Source: Antedon mediterranea | Taxonomy: Eukaryota; Animalia; Echinodermata | Assembly (NCBI RefSeq): GCF_964355755.1 | Contig: NC_092670.1 | Span: 25,654,795 to 25,718,794 of the forward strand | Direction of reading: 5' to 3' | DNA length: 64,000 nucleotides | Shown: positions 37,092-50,600 of the stretch, piece by piece | Position numbering within the stretch: position 1 is the first letter of the stretch | Layout: every line of letters starts with the position of its first letter | Translations under genes and position numbers: made by a program | The notes under the pieces: generated by a model | The model's input: the letters and a program-made list of their open reading frames with translations, nothing else | The model's database searches: none | What the model was told of the DNA's origin: nothing

Positions 37092-38689
37092 CTTATATTT
37101 TACATATATAAAAAGGGATATCTGTTATATTACATAGCCAACAACAAGTAGAATATCTACTGGATCGGGTATATGCCTCCTTTAAGTAATAAGCCTGCCT
37201 AGTTGCGAAGAATAATATTACTAATTAATGGCAATAAAATATTTACTTAGAGGCCTAGGTCATTTAAATTAACAGAAGAATTTCCATCAATAAACCTATA
37301 TTATTAATAATATTATTATTATTATTATTACTATAAGGATAACAATAAGTAACCCACGTTGTTCAAATGTGTTGATATGATGACATCATCAAAATTCAAA
37401 TATTTGTAACTCATGCTAAATATAAGTGATTGAGCAAAAAGATTTTAAAATCTTGAGGACATTGAGGTATGGATAAGCGGATATGCACTCTATTAAATGT
37501 TGTTATGAGCTATGACGAAATAGCCAAAAATCCTATATTTTATATTCGGATGGCCATGAGGTCACAACATCCGAGAGGTAAAAATTGAAAAAAAAAAATA
37601 AACAAATTGGGGTCACGGTTGATCCTGAGGAACTATAATAGATTAAAAATAGGCATGATTTTGACAGTTTTTTGTTGTAACTTTTTCAACTAAAATGCGC
37701 ACAAATCGTCTCATTCAACGTGTTCGTATTGCGTAATTTAAAATTTAAATGATCTCAATCTTTTTTAAAATGACTATTAAAGGGACGAAAATCAAAATTC
37801 AAGAGAAAAAAACGTGATTCTCAAACTCCGTGCGCATCGTACGCGTAAAATAGTTCGCGCACGTGGGAATTTTTGACATGCTCAAAATGTCATGATCGCA
37901 TATATATGAAGTTGATTGGAAATTAATTTTGCGCATTTTAAAATTTTATATGCGCGTGCGCGCGTAACTTTGTGTAAAACATGCCATTTTTAATATATAT
38001 AATATACAGTAAGGTATTGCAGTTAATCGATTCGTTTACCTATCTGGCATATGCATAATATGCCTAATGTGAAAACATTTCATCATTAAAATTACATGTA
38101 TCTAATCCTAATTTAAATTTTAATAATTAAATTATTTCAAATATTCTAATCCACGCCTTGATGATATATGAGGTCAATATTATGAACCAAGATATTATTA
38201 TACAAATACGGAATGTTTATGAGTGAAATGGTACAAATAATGGCATGAGGTGAATGATGAAAGGTTATATTATATCAACGAGGCAAAGTTCACAAATCCT
38301 AAAAACGATCTAAAGCTAATATAAATGCTTTTTGATCTAAATTAGTACATAGGCCTATATGTCTCCAGAAATGTATTTCAATCGCGAAAAACCGGTCATA
38401 AAATTCAAATCGCCGCGAAAGTACAAAGGTGGTGGCGCTGTTGTATTTCAAAAACAGTAGTATTTAAAACAAACGTGAACAGATTTTTTTTTTCGTACAC
38501 GAACAAAATTACTATTAAACGATCGTTTAACTATCCTGTGATAGACATTGAAGATTGAGAAAGTTTGTATCTTTTTCCTCCTCATAATTTATTTATTATT
38601 TAAAACATAATTTTTATTACACTAATTATATATTCAATTTAATTAAAGGCATAATTTAATAAAGAGAACAATTCATATGACGTGATGAA

Positions 38690-41600
38690 TTAGTAATCTG
38701 ATAGTTCAATTTCTTTAAAGAACGTATCATTTGGATCACTACATGCTGATGAATGGTTTGCATTCGTATTTAGCATTGCAGTTTCATCCCAGCTTCGCTC
38801 TGATGCTTCATCTGAACTATACATTACGGTACCACTCCTAGGTATAGGCTTACAGTACTCTGGTTCCGAGTCGTTTCCTGCTAACGAATACAATATTTCC
38901 TCTGAATTGTCCTCTTCTTCTTTGCGTTTTTGCGCAAATGAAAGTTTTCTTAACGATGATATCATACTCAATTTTCGAATAGGTTTCGTCTCTCGTTTAT
39001 TTTTATCTATTTCCTGTAGTAAGATAAATAATGAGTGTTAAGCAAAACATTGGTCTTTTTCTATACCCACTAATATAATAAGTGATACTACGGTCGATTA
39101 CAGTTTCAAAAAAGTATATCGGTAGACTACCAAGAGGATATGGATTTGCTGTTAGGTTATGTATAATAATTATTAAGACAATTGTATTTAATAGTAGAAG
39201 TGGAAACTATGTCACAAGTCTACAGTGTTTTAAGAAATTACTTGACATAAAATGACAAACAAACAGTTATATTATTCAACCAAAACCCCATTTCCTGGCA
39301 GTGAATTTGACTATTTTTTACTTTAAAAAAAATCAAATAATGCATATTAGTTTTTTAGGAGAACAATATATCTTAAAATATATATTGTCCCCTAAACAAA
39401 ATTTAGAAAACGTTTTTGTAATAAATAACTTGATTAAAACTGCAAAATGGCATTTTAATAATCATAATTGTTCATGTTTTTTGGGAACAATATATCTTTA
39501 TTATTAAAATTGATTTTACCTATAGTATTTTCATTTAGATAAAATAATCTATATTAACTAAACTAAAGTCCAGTGGCTGTATTCACCAATCCCACTTAAG
39601 TGAGATATTTCCCTTAAATCCTAAGAATATTCCTTAAATCAAGAAAAAAGGTTTCCGCGTAAGTGGTATTCACAAAGGTTTTAAGTGAAAGTGAAATCCT
39701 TAACTTGGTCTATTTTCCCCATAACTTTAAGTGACCTCAGAGTTCCTTTAAAAGTTTCCATAACTATTTCAGTCCATTTAGTTCCATTGTCTCAGGCTGA
39801 GGCTAACCTGGGACTGCCTGCAGAGGACTGTCAGTAGAATTTTGGCTTAACGGAGGTTAAATCTTATATATATATTCAATTCAAAAAAGCATTTATTATT
39901 ATTATGATTAATATATTTGCTGTTCATAACGTTCGGAATCAATAATATTATTAATAGGTACTTTATTATTTTTAAGTGTTTTAAAGGACATCATTTTAAT
40001 AATTAATCATTTAATATATCTGAAGAAAGAACAATGATTAATTTTCTTGTTTACTCTTAAATTAAGTGTTTTCCATTGGTAAGTGAATCTCTTAACTCAT
40101 TTGTGAGTTACCTTTAAGGTAAATTGTAATGGTAGGTATTTCCCTTAGCCTAAGTGCGATTGGTGAATACGGCCACAGTTCCACAAGCGGAAGTCTGGCT
40201 CTATCAGAGCCATATAATTATTATAAAGAGTTACGACTTTGGATTAAAGTCACGTGATATGCAAATCCAAAAATGCATGTAAAGTAGGCCTATAGGAGCA
40301 ACAAAATACTTTCAACTTTCTTATATTTTGAAAAATTTAATTGCATATTTGACGTCAAATATCGATGTGCACAGCGTACACAGAAGTACTTGCGGCAAAG
40401 AATATTGCGCACTAGAGTACATTATAAAGTGCGATTGACTGATTTTTGAACGAAACATCCCATAACTACCGTACGTCTTATTAATAACAATTATGTAATA
40501 TTTTTAATTCATAATGCATGCTTGATGACTAAATAAAATAATAAAGTGTCGTGGATATATTTGTTAATGTACTGAAAAGGGTATGAATAATATTAAAACA
40601 ATAAAGGCAAATTGAATGCCACGATAAGCTAAGGCTAGAAACATATTTCAAGTGTAAATTATTTGTTTTATTCTTTTACTCAGCTATTTATTCTGTCTTT
40701 CTGCGATTCTTACTAGTATTTTAATAAATCAAACTACAGTAGCCTTAGTTTTATAATTGAATAATTGTCTTACAATTTTCGCTCCTTCGTGGATTTTTCT
40801 GAAACGACCGCCATGATCATCTTCCGTCTGTTCCACGTAGTTCTTTCTAACTACCAACTTAGTAGTTATAGCATTAAGACAACTTTATTGAAGAGATACA
40901 ACATATAAAATATATTATTCTAAAAGAAAGATAAGATTTATAAATCATAATTGTCATATTAGAATGAACGAATAGTTAAAATTAATTTAAAATAAAGTCA
41001 AATTTGAAAAGAACTAGGTTTTTTAAAACTACTCGTATAAAAAAAACCTGTACATTAAATCAAATCATGTTTTAGAATTACAAATCACAAAGTTCAGTGC
41101 TAAATTTCACTACAAGCATGTGTATGCGAATTAGGTGTAATGGTTATGAAACCAGCCTTTCAACTAACAATAGTTAGAACAGCAGTTTGTGATTATTTTA
41201 ATTCATAATAGACAACTGTCAATTTTTTAAAGAAGAGAAGTAGTCTCCTTACTAAACAAAGGAGAAGACTTTAAAAATTGGAGACCAATAACTCTTCCTA
41301 ATATAGATTACAAGATTATGGCAAATGTTATTGCTAATAGACTAAAATTTGTAGTTGGTGACATACCGTAACAGATACTGATCAAAAGGTTATATTAAAG
41401 GAAGGTTTGCTGGTGAAAATAAAAGGTTGAAGATATACTAGAATACACCAGTAGTTTTAATAAAAAGGTGATATAATATTTCTAGATTTTGTTTTTTACA
41501 GAATAGATAGAATATTTTTAATCAAATCACTGAAAAGTTTTGGTTTTGGTCATCAGGACCTAATAATACAATGGGTCAAGACTTTTTATTGCAATACACC

Positions 41601-44600
41601 AAATTCTTAGGTGTTTTTGTTGGTTATAATAAAACAAAATGCCACAAAAAACTAGGTTAAAAATGTGTTAAAAACATGGGGAAAATGAAATTTAAGTATT
41701 TTTGGTAAAGTAATGGTGAACAAGGCCAACAGCCATAAAGTCGCGTGCTACAATGCATAGTGATACCGGACCGACAGACAAACAGACCGACAGACAGACA
41801 GACAGACCGACAGACAGACGGACCGACCGACATAGTGAACTATACTGACCGAAATTACTGAACATGTTTAAAAATGTTGAAATGTTTAAAAACATTTATA
41901 TTTTTTTAATTTACACGTGCATAGCCTGTCACTTTTGACGTGCTCGTATAACGTAATTTCGAGTTGAAAAGTAAGTCAAGAAAACAGAAATCGGGCAAAA
42001 AGAGTGCGCAATAACATTTAACGCGCAGTGCGCGCGCAAAAATCTGCGCACTCATGGCAATTTTGTAAACGCTTAAAATTGCCTGAAACGTACTCTTATT
42101 TCATCGAAAATAAATTTTTAAAATTTTAAGCGCGCGTACGCATGCGTTACATGCGCTACGCACGTAATTGTATTGCCATATGATGATTTTAACAAAAAAA
42201 TTAGGTAAATCTGTGATATACGATATTTATTATGTTAATTAATAAGGCAAGAATCCCTTAAAAAAATTTTTCAGATATGCAAAAAAACTGACTCTATATA
42301 TACTTGAAAGACTGCGAAAAGGCAAACACAAGTTATTAACGATTACGTTGCGTACTTGTAGCAGGGATTTAATAATGTTTAGTGAAATTGTGAAGTTAAG
42401 GGCGCTATTTAAGGTACTCTATTTTCGGTTGCATTAAATACTTAACCGATTATGATGAAAATAGATTTATTTTATAGATAATTAAATCTTCATCCTAATT
42501 AATTAATTAAAAGTCATGTTAGATAATAAATACCTATGAAAAATGTATTATTTGTGTAAATCTAATTAAATTGTATCATCTTGTATTGTGAGCTAAAAAG
42601 AAATAGTTCAACCTGCAGGATTTAATTTTTAAAATATATATATACAGTATAAATGAGAATGACGATCGTAATGAGTTTGATAGAAATTGAATGAACAATA
42701 AATAAAAATAACAACTAAATATAACTAGCATAGTGGAGTCTGGTAGAGGGATATTTTTGTTCAGTTTTTTCCAAAAACACCCAATTTGGTATACAGGTTG
42801 CCCATCCAATACGAATTCAATTTTTGATAGGCGTCAAGCAAAATGATCCCTTGGGTCACTTAATTTGCATAATTTAAAATGGCGGACATTTTCGCTTAAA
42901 CACTCAATATATCTGAAACTACTGGGCATAGGGAGTTGATTTTTTGCTCAAAATGTTCCGAACATCAACATTTCTAACTCTACCGGAAGTACCAGTTTTA
43001 ACATTTGACCCATATTTTAAGGCATTGCTATATCTCAGTAAATGGTTGTCACAGACAGTTTATTTTGGTGTCAAATTGTTCAGAACATAAACAATTATAT
43101 TTACTCTAAGAAAGTATTTCTAAAAAAAATGACAGGAAGTACCATTTTTAACCTTTGACCTTTATGGTGCAATTTCCAACTGCATTAATGTTAATATCTT
43201 TTGAAATAAAAGATTGAATGAATGAATGAATATCCATAAAACTACTTGTCATAGAGAGGTGTCAAAATGTTCAGAACATAAACATTTCTATTTACTATAA
43301 TGAAGTTTTTTCTCAAATAAAGACGAGAAATATCATGTTTGACCTTTGACCTGTTTTTCAGGCAAATTACCATATCTCATTATTGGGTTGACGTGGATAA
43401 TTCATTTTGGTTGTTCACAATATATATGTTACTATTCTGCTTAATAGAAGATTTGTTTAACAAATTAGAGGAAGTACAATTATTGTTAATGTGACATATA
43501 TAAAACTCTAAATTTGTTTTATTTTGCAGCCCACTATTGAGCACTTGTCGAAGATGGCTACTTTCATGCGCAGTTGAACGAAGTATACTGAATGAAGTTG
43601 AATAGATTGTCCTATTGGAAGTGAGTACTACTATATAACGCAAATGAGAGAAATTTGTATAGACAACAAATACCCAATTTCATTTAATGGAGTACTTGTG
43701 TTTATTTGGTTGTTACATTCAGGGTATTTATCCTATATTGCTGAGTATCATCTTCCTTTAATGGGCCTTTAAACTGGGGTATATCAACATACTAATTGAT
43801 AGTATGGACATTTTCGGGGGGGGGGGGGTGCACAATATAATAATAAGACTACTGTTGCCATATCGCGAACCACAACTGAAGAATATATTCTTTATCCAGA
43901 CCTAAGTAATCTTTGGTCCACCAAACTTATTTTAAAACAAAACCGGCCGTCAACTGGACGCGATTAGATGGGTAGTAACACTAACAGTTTTGTCACTTAA
44001 GACATGACACATTTTCTTTTTCATTATTGCCATTTTTACTTGTTTTTTGGTTAATTTGTGAATGTTACAGATTTACTTTTATTACTTTCATTTCTTTTAG
44101 GCCTACGTACATTTCAAAACATTGAATGATGTGCCTTTTCTCATATTGAGCATTTGGAAAACAATGCCTTTTTTAACTTTAACAATCTGGTTGGTTCAGT
44201 CAGCATAACCACATGTATGGTAATGGTAACATTTTCAGTGTTCTTGAATTGTAAATACGAAATGCCCCACTAGTTGGGGAGCCAGAAAGGGAGTTACCAT
44301 TGTTAAATAGTGATTTTTTTAGATTTTAATTGTAATACTAAATAATAAAAATGATTTTAGTGATTTAACTGTGATGTTATTCATTAGAATGAATAGAATA
44401 ATGTATCTATTTATGACTTCCGATACTAAGTATCCATAGTATATACCGTAAATCCTGTAAAAGTAACCCACACTCTAATAGTAACCCCCTTCTGATAGTA
44501 ACCAACCTTATAAGTCAATCTATAATAATAATAACTCACTACTCTAATAGTAACCTCCATTTGTTAGAGTCACAAAAACTTATGATGCAGTCGTATTTTG

Positions 44601-47600
44601 AAAATAAGGAGATAATGCATTTTGATCCCGCGAGCGGGGGAGGATTGAGTGTTTTTGAGTTTATAAAATAAGTTAGAGTTTAACCAAATTTGTTTATTCG
44701 TACTGTTTTATTATTTTGCTATGAGATGCTGACCGGAAAAGTTGGGGGTTGGGTTACTATTTCCAGGTGCCTAATTTATGATTAGAAATAGTAACCCACT
44801 ACTCTAAAAAAAACAATCAAAGAATAATAACCCAGGGTTACTGAAGCTTTTTTGCCATATAAATCATCATTTTTAACTTCTACTACCTGAAAATTATCTA
44901 TAACATTAAAAAGTGTGTTTTTCCAATGTATGGGAATTGCTTGTTTTAAACAAAAATGTCAACAATCCAGTTCTTTGATGTATTAAATTTATCAAAAATT
45001 TCTTGTGAATACTTAAAATGTTTGTCGTTAACAATATCACAAATTTGTGTCATTCCAGAATCAATCCAGTTTTGATTATATAATATTAAGCGGAGGTCTG
45101 TTATTCAGTAAAAATATTTTCAAGGGATTTTTAGTGAATAAATCCATAGAACCAAATGTTCAAACGAAATAGGAAAGATATCTTAATTTAAAATCTTTAG
45201 ATTGGAATACAATATGGTATAGAAAAGTACATTGTACGATTCACAGTAAAATTGCACAATTTAATTTTAAATTGTTGCATAGAATTTTATGTTGTAAAAA
45301 AGAAACTTAAGTTATGGAAGATCTATGATTCAGATATTTGTGACAGATATAACATATAAATAGAAGACGAAAGGCACATGCTAATTAACTGTGAAAAAAT
45401 GCGTCCTTTTGGTATAATTTTAACAACATGTTAAACTCTTGTAACAAAGAAAATCAGGCGTTTGTTGATTGTTCTTTTCAATATATTGTTTGAATATATT
45501 ATCATTGATGTAGCCAATAATATTGTTAATGAGTTGTTATCAAATTTACTTTTTGTATTTACAAAAATTAAATTTGCACGGTTATTTTTCACTTTTTAAA
45601 TACGCAATTGATAATCTTGCGGCTAGAAAGAAATGTGGAAAATTAGATCATAATCGTCTAGAATATTGTCTAAAAAGATGACAGTCAAATGTAAAATTAT
45701 GGAATGATTGAAAAAAATACGGAGAATGACACGAAAAATGTATTTACAGGATATATATAAATCCGAAGGCAAATTACTGGAAAAAATAACAATGTTGTAG
45801 GTATCAGTGGCTGGATCTCAATAGAGATACCAAAAAAAAGTGAAAAGCTAAATCAAAACGATAAAGTAAAACAGCCAGAAAAGCAGAGCTTTCGGGCAAC
45901 ACTAGCCCTTCGTCAGTGCAAGTGAAGAATTTGGATAAAGTCAGCATAAGAACTGGCAGGTGTTGCCTGGGTGGACAGGAATAAAATAAATAAAAAAAAC
46001 AAAAAGAGACAGAGTGGTAAATGGTGGGTGAAGACTGAATAAGAAGAGGAAAAAAGAAGGTAGCCTGGTAGAGATAATTATAAACAATTTTGGAATAGAA
46101 CTAAACAAAACAGCTAAAATGGTGGTTAATATTGAAACTTAAATGTTGGAAGTCAATGGAATAATTTTAGCGATCTGGGAGTATGTTCCTAATGTAAAGT
46201 CCAAAAGGTTTTGTGGTTTTAAGTAGTAATTCCCAGTGGTTTTCTTTGTCTTTGCGACTTTTTTCGCTGACGTGGTTTGTACGTCAGTGTTTGACATCGA
46301 GGAATATCTTTTGCTTTCTTTATAGCAGCTACGATGTGTTCCTTCTTGTAATTAAATATTCCGGAGATTTTCGGTTAGTTCTTCGGTACGATTCTGAAAA
46401 TCTAAATATGAACAGATACGACTGATATGTATTCGTTACGGTATTAGAGGTACTTGTTTAAACTGTTTTTTTACCTCTCCTGCGGTGTTTGGTATGTTGT
46501 ACTGTACATGTAAATGGTATCCAAACTGAAAAACTGTACTATTGAACATTGTAATTGTGAATGAATAAAAATACCCTATCCATCTTTATGGACTATATAC
46601 ATACAGAGGTCTAGCATTCATTTATAGTTTATAATACATATTTTAAGGGGTAAAATCACCATTTCTTTCTAATATTTAAAAATGATTTTACATACAGTAC
46701 CTTAGGCAGCAACATGGCATGGTAGAACTGGAATTATTAACATTTTCTTGATTTTGTGTGGAATTCTTTCCTGGTGAAATTTCAACGTAACCTGTATCCT
46801 TGCGAACCTCATGCACATACTAATATATGTATACCGTACATACGCAATGTAAACAATACAAAAATAATAAGAGGATAACAATAAAAAAATAATAGATAAA
46901 TATAAAGTCATCATATTATTTGTCTTAAATCCATAGATCTATTTCTAACCGCCGTATTCTTAGACCGAACGACCGTATTCTTAAACCGAACGCTTTTATT
47001 TTGTGCAAACAGAGACTCCATTTCCACTCTAGGTATTAGCGATTCCGAGGCCGGCTCTGAGCCAACGGTATACAAATTGTAATATAAACACTTTGGGAAT
47101 AACCCATTGCCAATTTTGATTCTACTCTAGAGTAGGCTTTGGGCCGGCAATCGTGGGCCTCGGGCCGGCACACAGTGAGCCAGAATCAATTCAAAGTGTG
47201 CCAAAAGTCCAAAATTTTCAATGTGGCAATCAAAACTTTTTAATATTGTATTAGGAAGAAGAAAACTTAAATTATATAAATCCACTAATAATTTTATATT
47301 TGGTAAATTTTAATAATAAAGGGGTTTCGCAACCTTACGAAAACAGACCCCTCACAAAAAAGTCATTTCATTTCTACTTTTGAGTTGATCCCCATGTCAT
47401 ATTCGTAGATGGGTATTCGTTTTAAGGAAAAAGGCAGCCGTATTCGTAAGTACAAAAACGAATCTAGTTTTTAACATATTTATCATCTTTTTTAAAAACA
47501 TGCAATGTTTTTATGATTTTTGGATAAATTTACATGATATATTGAAAATAATTGTCTAAAAAGTGGTAAGTTGATTTAATAAAAAAAAGTAGGATAAATA

Positions 47601-50600
47601 GCAAGTAGAAAGTTCTGTCTCATTTTGGTCGCTAGGCTAATATTAATAAGTAAAAGTAGCCTACACAATTTGTAATATACAGTATACATTTAAGCCTATC
47701 CTATATAATTTAACATTACATTATTTATTTGTAAGTAATGTCGCTAATAATACTAATAGGCCTAGGTCTATATGTGTGTATGCATAGGGTACTGTGTACA
47801 GTCTTACTAACAAAAGCCAACTCAATTTTAATCTTCGCATCGAAAGGAAAGGACAAAAATAAAGTTAATGCAGAGCCTGAAAGTTGGAAGGTAAATGCCA
47901 AAGAGAAATCATAACGTTGCCGACGTATAGCAAACGCGATCGAAATTTCCACACCGCTCAACCCAAGCAGGTTCGATGCCATGCTCCAAGCAGGAAAATG
48001 GCAACTGGTGTAAATGCCAAAGAGCCTCACACACGCAGGACATCAATGTGCTCTCATGGCGACAGGTCAAATCCATTGTGCGCTATACACAGGCAGCAAA
48101 AAGTCCATTGTGAGACGGATATATATATATTGAGGGACTAGTGCTGTTCTGCCGTACCACGCCGAGAATGTTACAGATTCCCTATCCAATCGAGTTTAAA
48201 CAATACCATGGTATAATGTTTAGAAGGAAACAGACGGTCCGGGTTGCGATATTTCTTTTCGTACATAAGTTGGGGACCCCTCGTGAAACGTCACAAAATA
48301 TTCATGAATATTTAGGAAGTAGTTCGGCTATCTTTCACATGGGGTCCCCAACTTATGTACGAAAAAAAAAATCGCGTCCGGGTTGGAATCTCGGTTGGGG
48401 CGATCTTTTCTCAATCTCACAGATTTCCTCGTCTTATCGTTTCAAATTAATTAATTAAATTTCAGTATATCACCGGGCGGTTTACAATTAAATGTTCTTT
48501 GCCTTTTGTGTTTATATATATAAAAGTATCTCTTCGGAGATCCTGCTTCGTGAATAAAATACTGAAAGATGAGGGCGTATCAATTAGATCTCTGGGGCGC
48601 GTGCGTACAATTGAGGGACTAGTGCTGTTCCGCCGTACGACGCCGAAAATCGAGTTTGAACAATACCATGAAAGCCCTGCATATGAAGCAGAAGGTCCGA
48701 ATTCAAGTCTCGGTTGCTCACAGATTATTTTATCGTTTCAAAATTAATTAAATAATTTTCAGTGTATCACCGGGTGGTTTAGATTTCCTCATCTTTATTG
48801 TTTCAAATTAATTAATTAAATTTCAGAATATCACCGGGCGGTTTAGAATTAATGTTTTATGCCTGATGTGTTGAACTAGTGCTGTTCCGCCGTACCACGC
48901 CATATATAAATCATACTGTCAAATTATAGAAACAGTGCTCATATTCGGAACTTTCGCATCGAGCATAGCACATTGGCGAAAGTTCCGTATTTTTTAAGTT
49001 GTATGAAAAAATTCTCTGGCGGGATTCGAACCTGTGACCTCTAGCTTACAGGGCGAGTACCATACCACTAGACCACAGACCCATATATGGTATTATCACA
49101 GATTTTCACCCACCAGATACATTCTATCAGGGAGACTCCCTGATTCTATCATACAACAAACGCCCTCACAATCAATGGAGGCCTAACTATAGTCAGAATA
49201 AATTTAAAGTATTAAAATACGCAACGGGTTTTTAAATAATATTGTGTATATGTAAATCAATTGCGTTGCGTAGAACTGTGTAAAATATATATAACGAATT
49301 AAGCTAATATAAAAAAATACACCATGGCCATATACATGGCTGCAGTCGTGTGCTCAAGTTAGTATTTACCGACCAACCGACCGACACAGTGAGCTCTAGA
49401 GTCACGTTGCACGCGACTATCACGCCACTAGAAATATATATTTCATTACTGAATATCTTGACAATATAACTCAATAAATGTTACATTTCTTTAAAAACCT
49501 TGTTAACAATCATTTAGTCGGCAATTTAGCCTGCTCTTCGAGAACTAAAAAATTAATAAAAATCCGTCACGATTTAGTCGAGGTTGGCTTGAAGTTCGGT
49601 TTAAGAATTAAAATTGAGTCAAGTTTAAGCTCGAACTAAAGTTCGATTTAAGAATACGGGCGTACATTAATCAATGTTGAATTACATATTGTATTTGGTT
49701 TAGAAATGAAAAAAACAATCATAGTGTATTCAAATATTTTACATGAGGTAGGGGGTCCGATGAGGGGGAGTGTATTTATAAAATGAAAATATAGGCCTAA
49801 TAACACTATTGTATTTTATAAAACAAGTTCGATAATTGTTGTAATTCAGGATATAGTAGGAGAGATGTGCGTGGGATGCGCTGCTTTGCTTCCACACTTT
49901 CATCATCATAATAATTTTTTCATAATAAATCCGACTCGTTGGTAATTATCATAATCAGCTTCACTATTTTGATCTCATACCCGTAATTATTCATCGCGAT
50001 CATTTAATGCTCTTTCGTCATTATTGCATCAACAACATTATTATTAAGTTGACTATAAAATCAATGAAATGTTGTTAACTTTTACGGTACCTGTAATGTG
50101 AAGTAAATGGCGATAAAAGCAATAATTGGGATAGACGCCGCAACGATTATCATACTGGTTTCTTCGATGACAATGTGCTGTCTAGAATCGGTAGCATTAA
50201 GACTTTCATCTGTGTAATTTGTAGGTCTGGAATTAATATAAAAGTATAAAAACAGATGTTTTTGATTAGCATAATATTGTTTTACAAAATATTTAAAACA
50301 ATCAATAACTGGGAAATAGTTGCTGTATCTCATCTCCTTACAATTTAATGCTTATTGTTTTGTGTGCGTGCGTTTAGCTGGATAGTTAGGAATATAGACA
50401 TAGACTTGTTACCTTGGTGAAAAAGATGGTTCAAGTTCAAAGTATGTTTTAATAAATGCACTCATCTGACGATGAAACGCACGACCTATGATCCCTCGTG
50501 TCTTCTCGTCTTTAATCTCATTTATTCGATTCCAAATGGCACGGTCATACTGGATTATGTACTCTTGGGCTACACTGCTTGATATAGGCAACAATGTCGA

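Noticed and set aside
46791-46818. Possible 28-nt coding exon (YVHEVRKDT) of the LRR gene
   Set aside because: Phase-compatible with one acceptor choice at 40850 but not required, and unsupported by homology.
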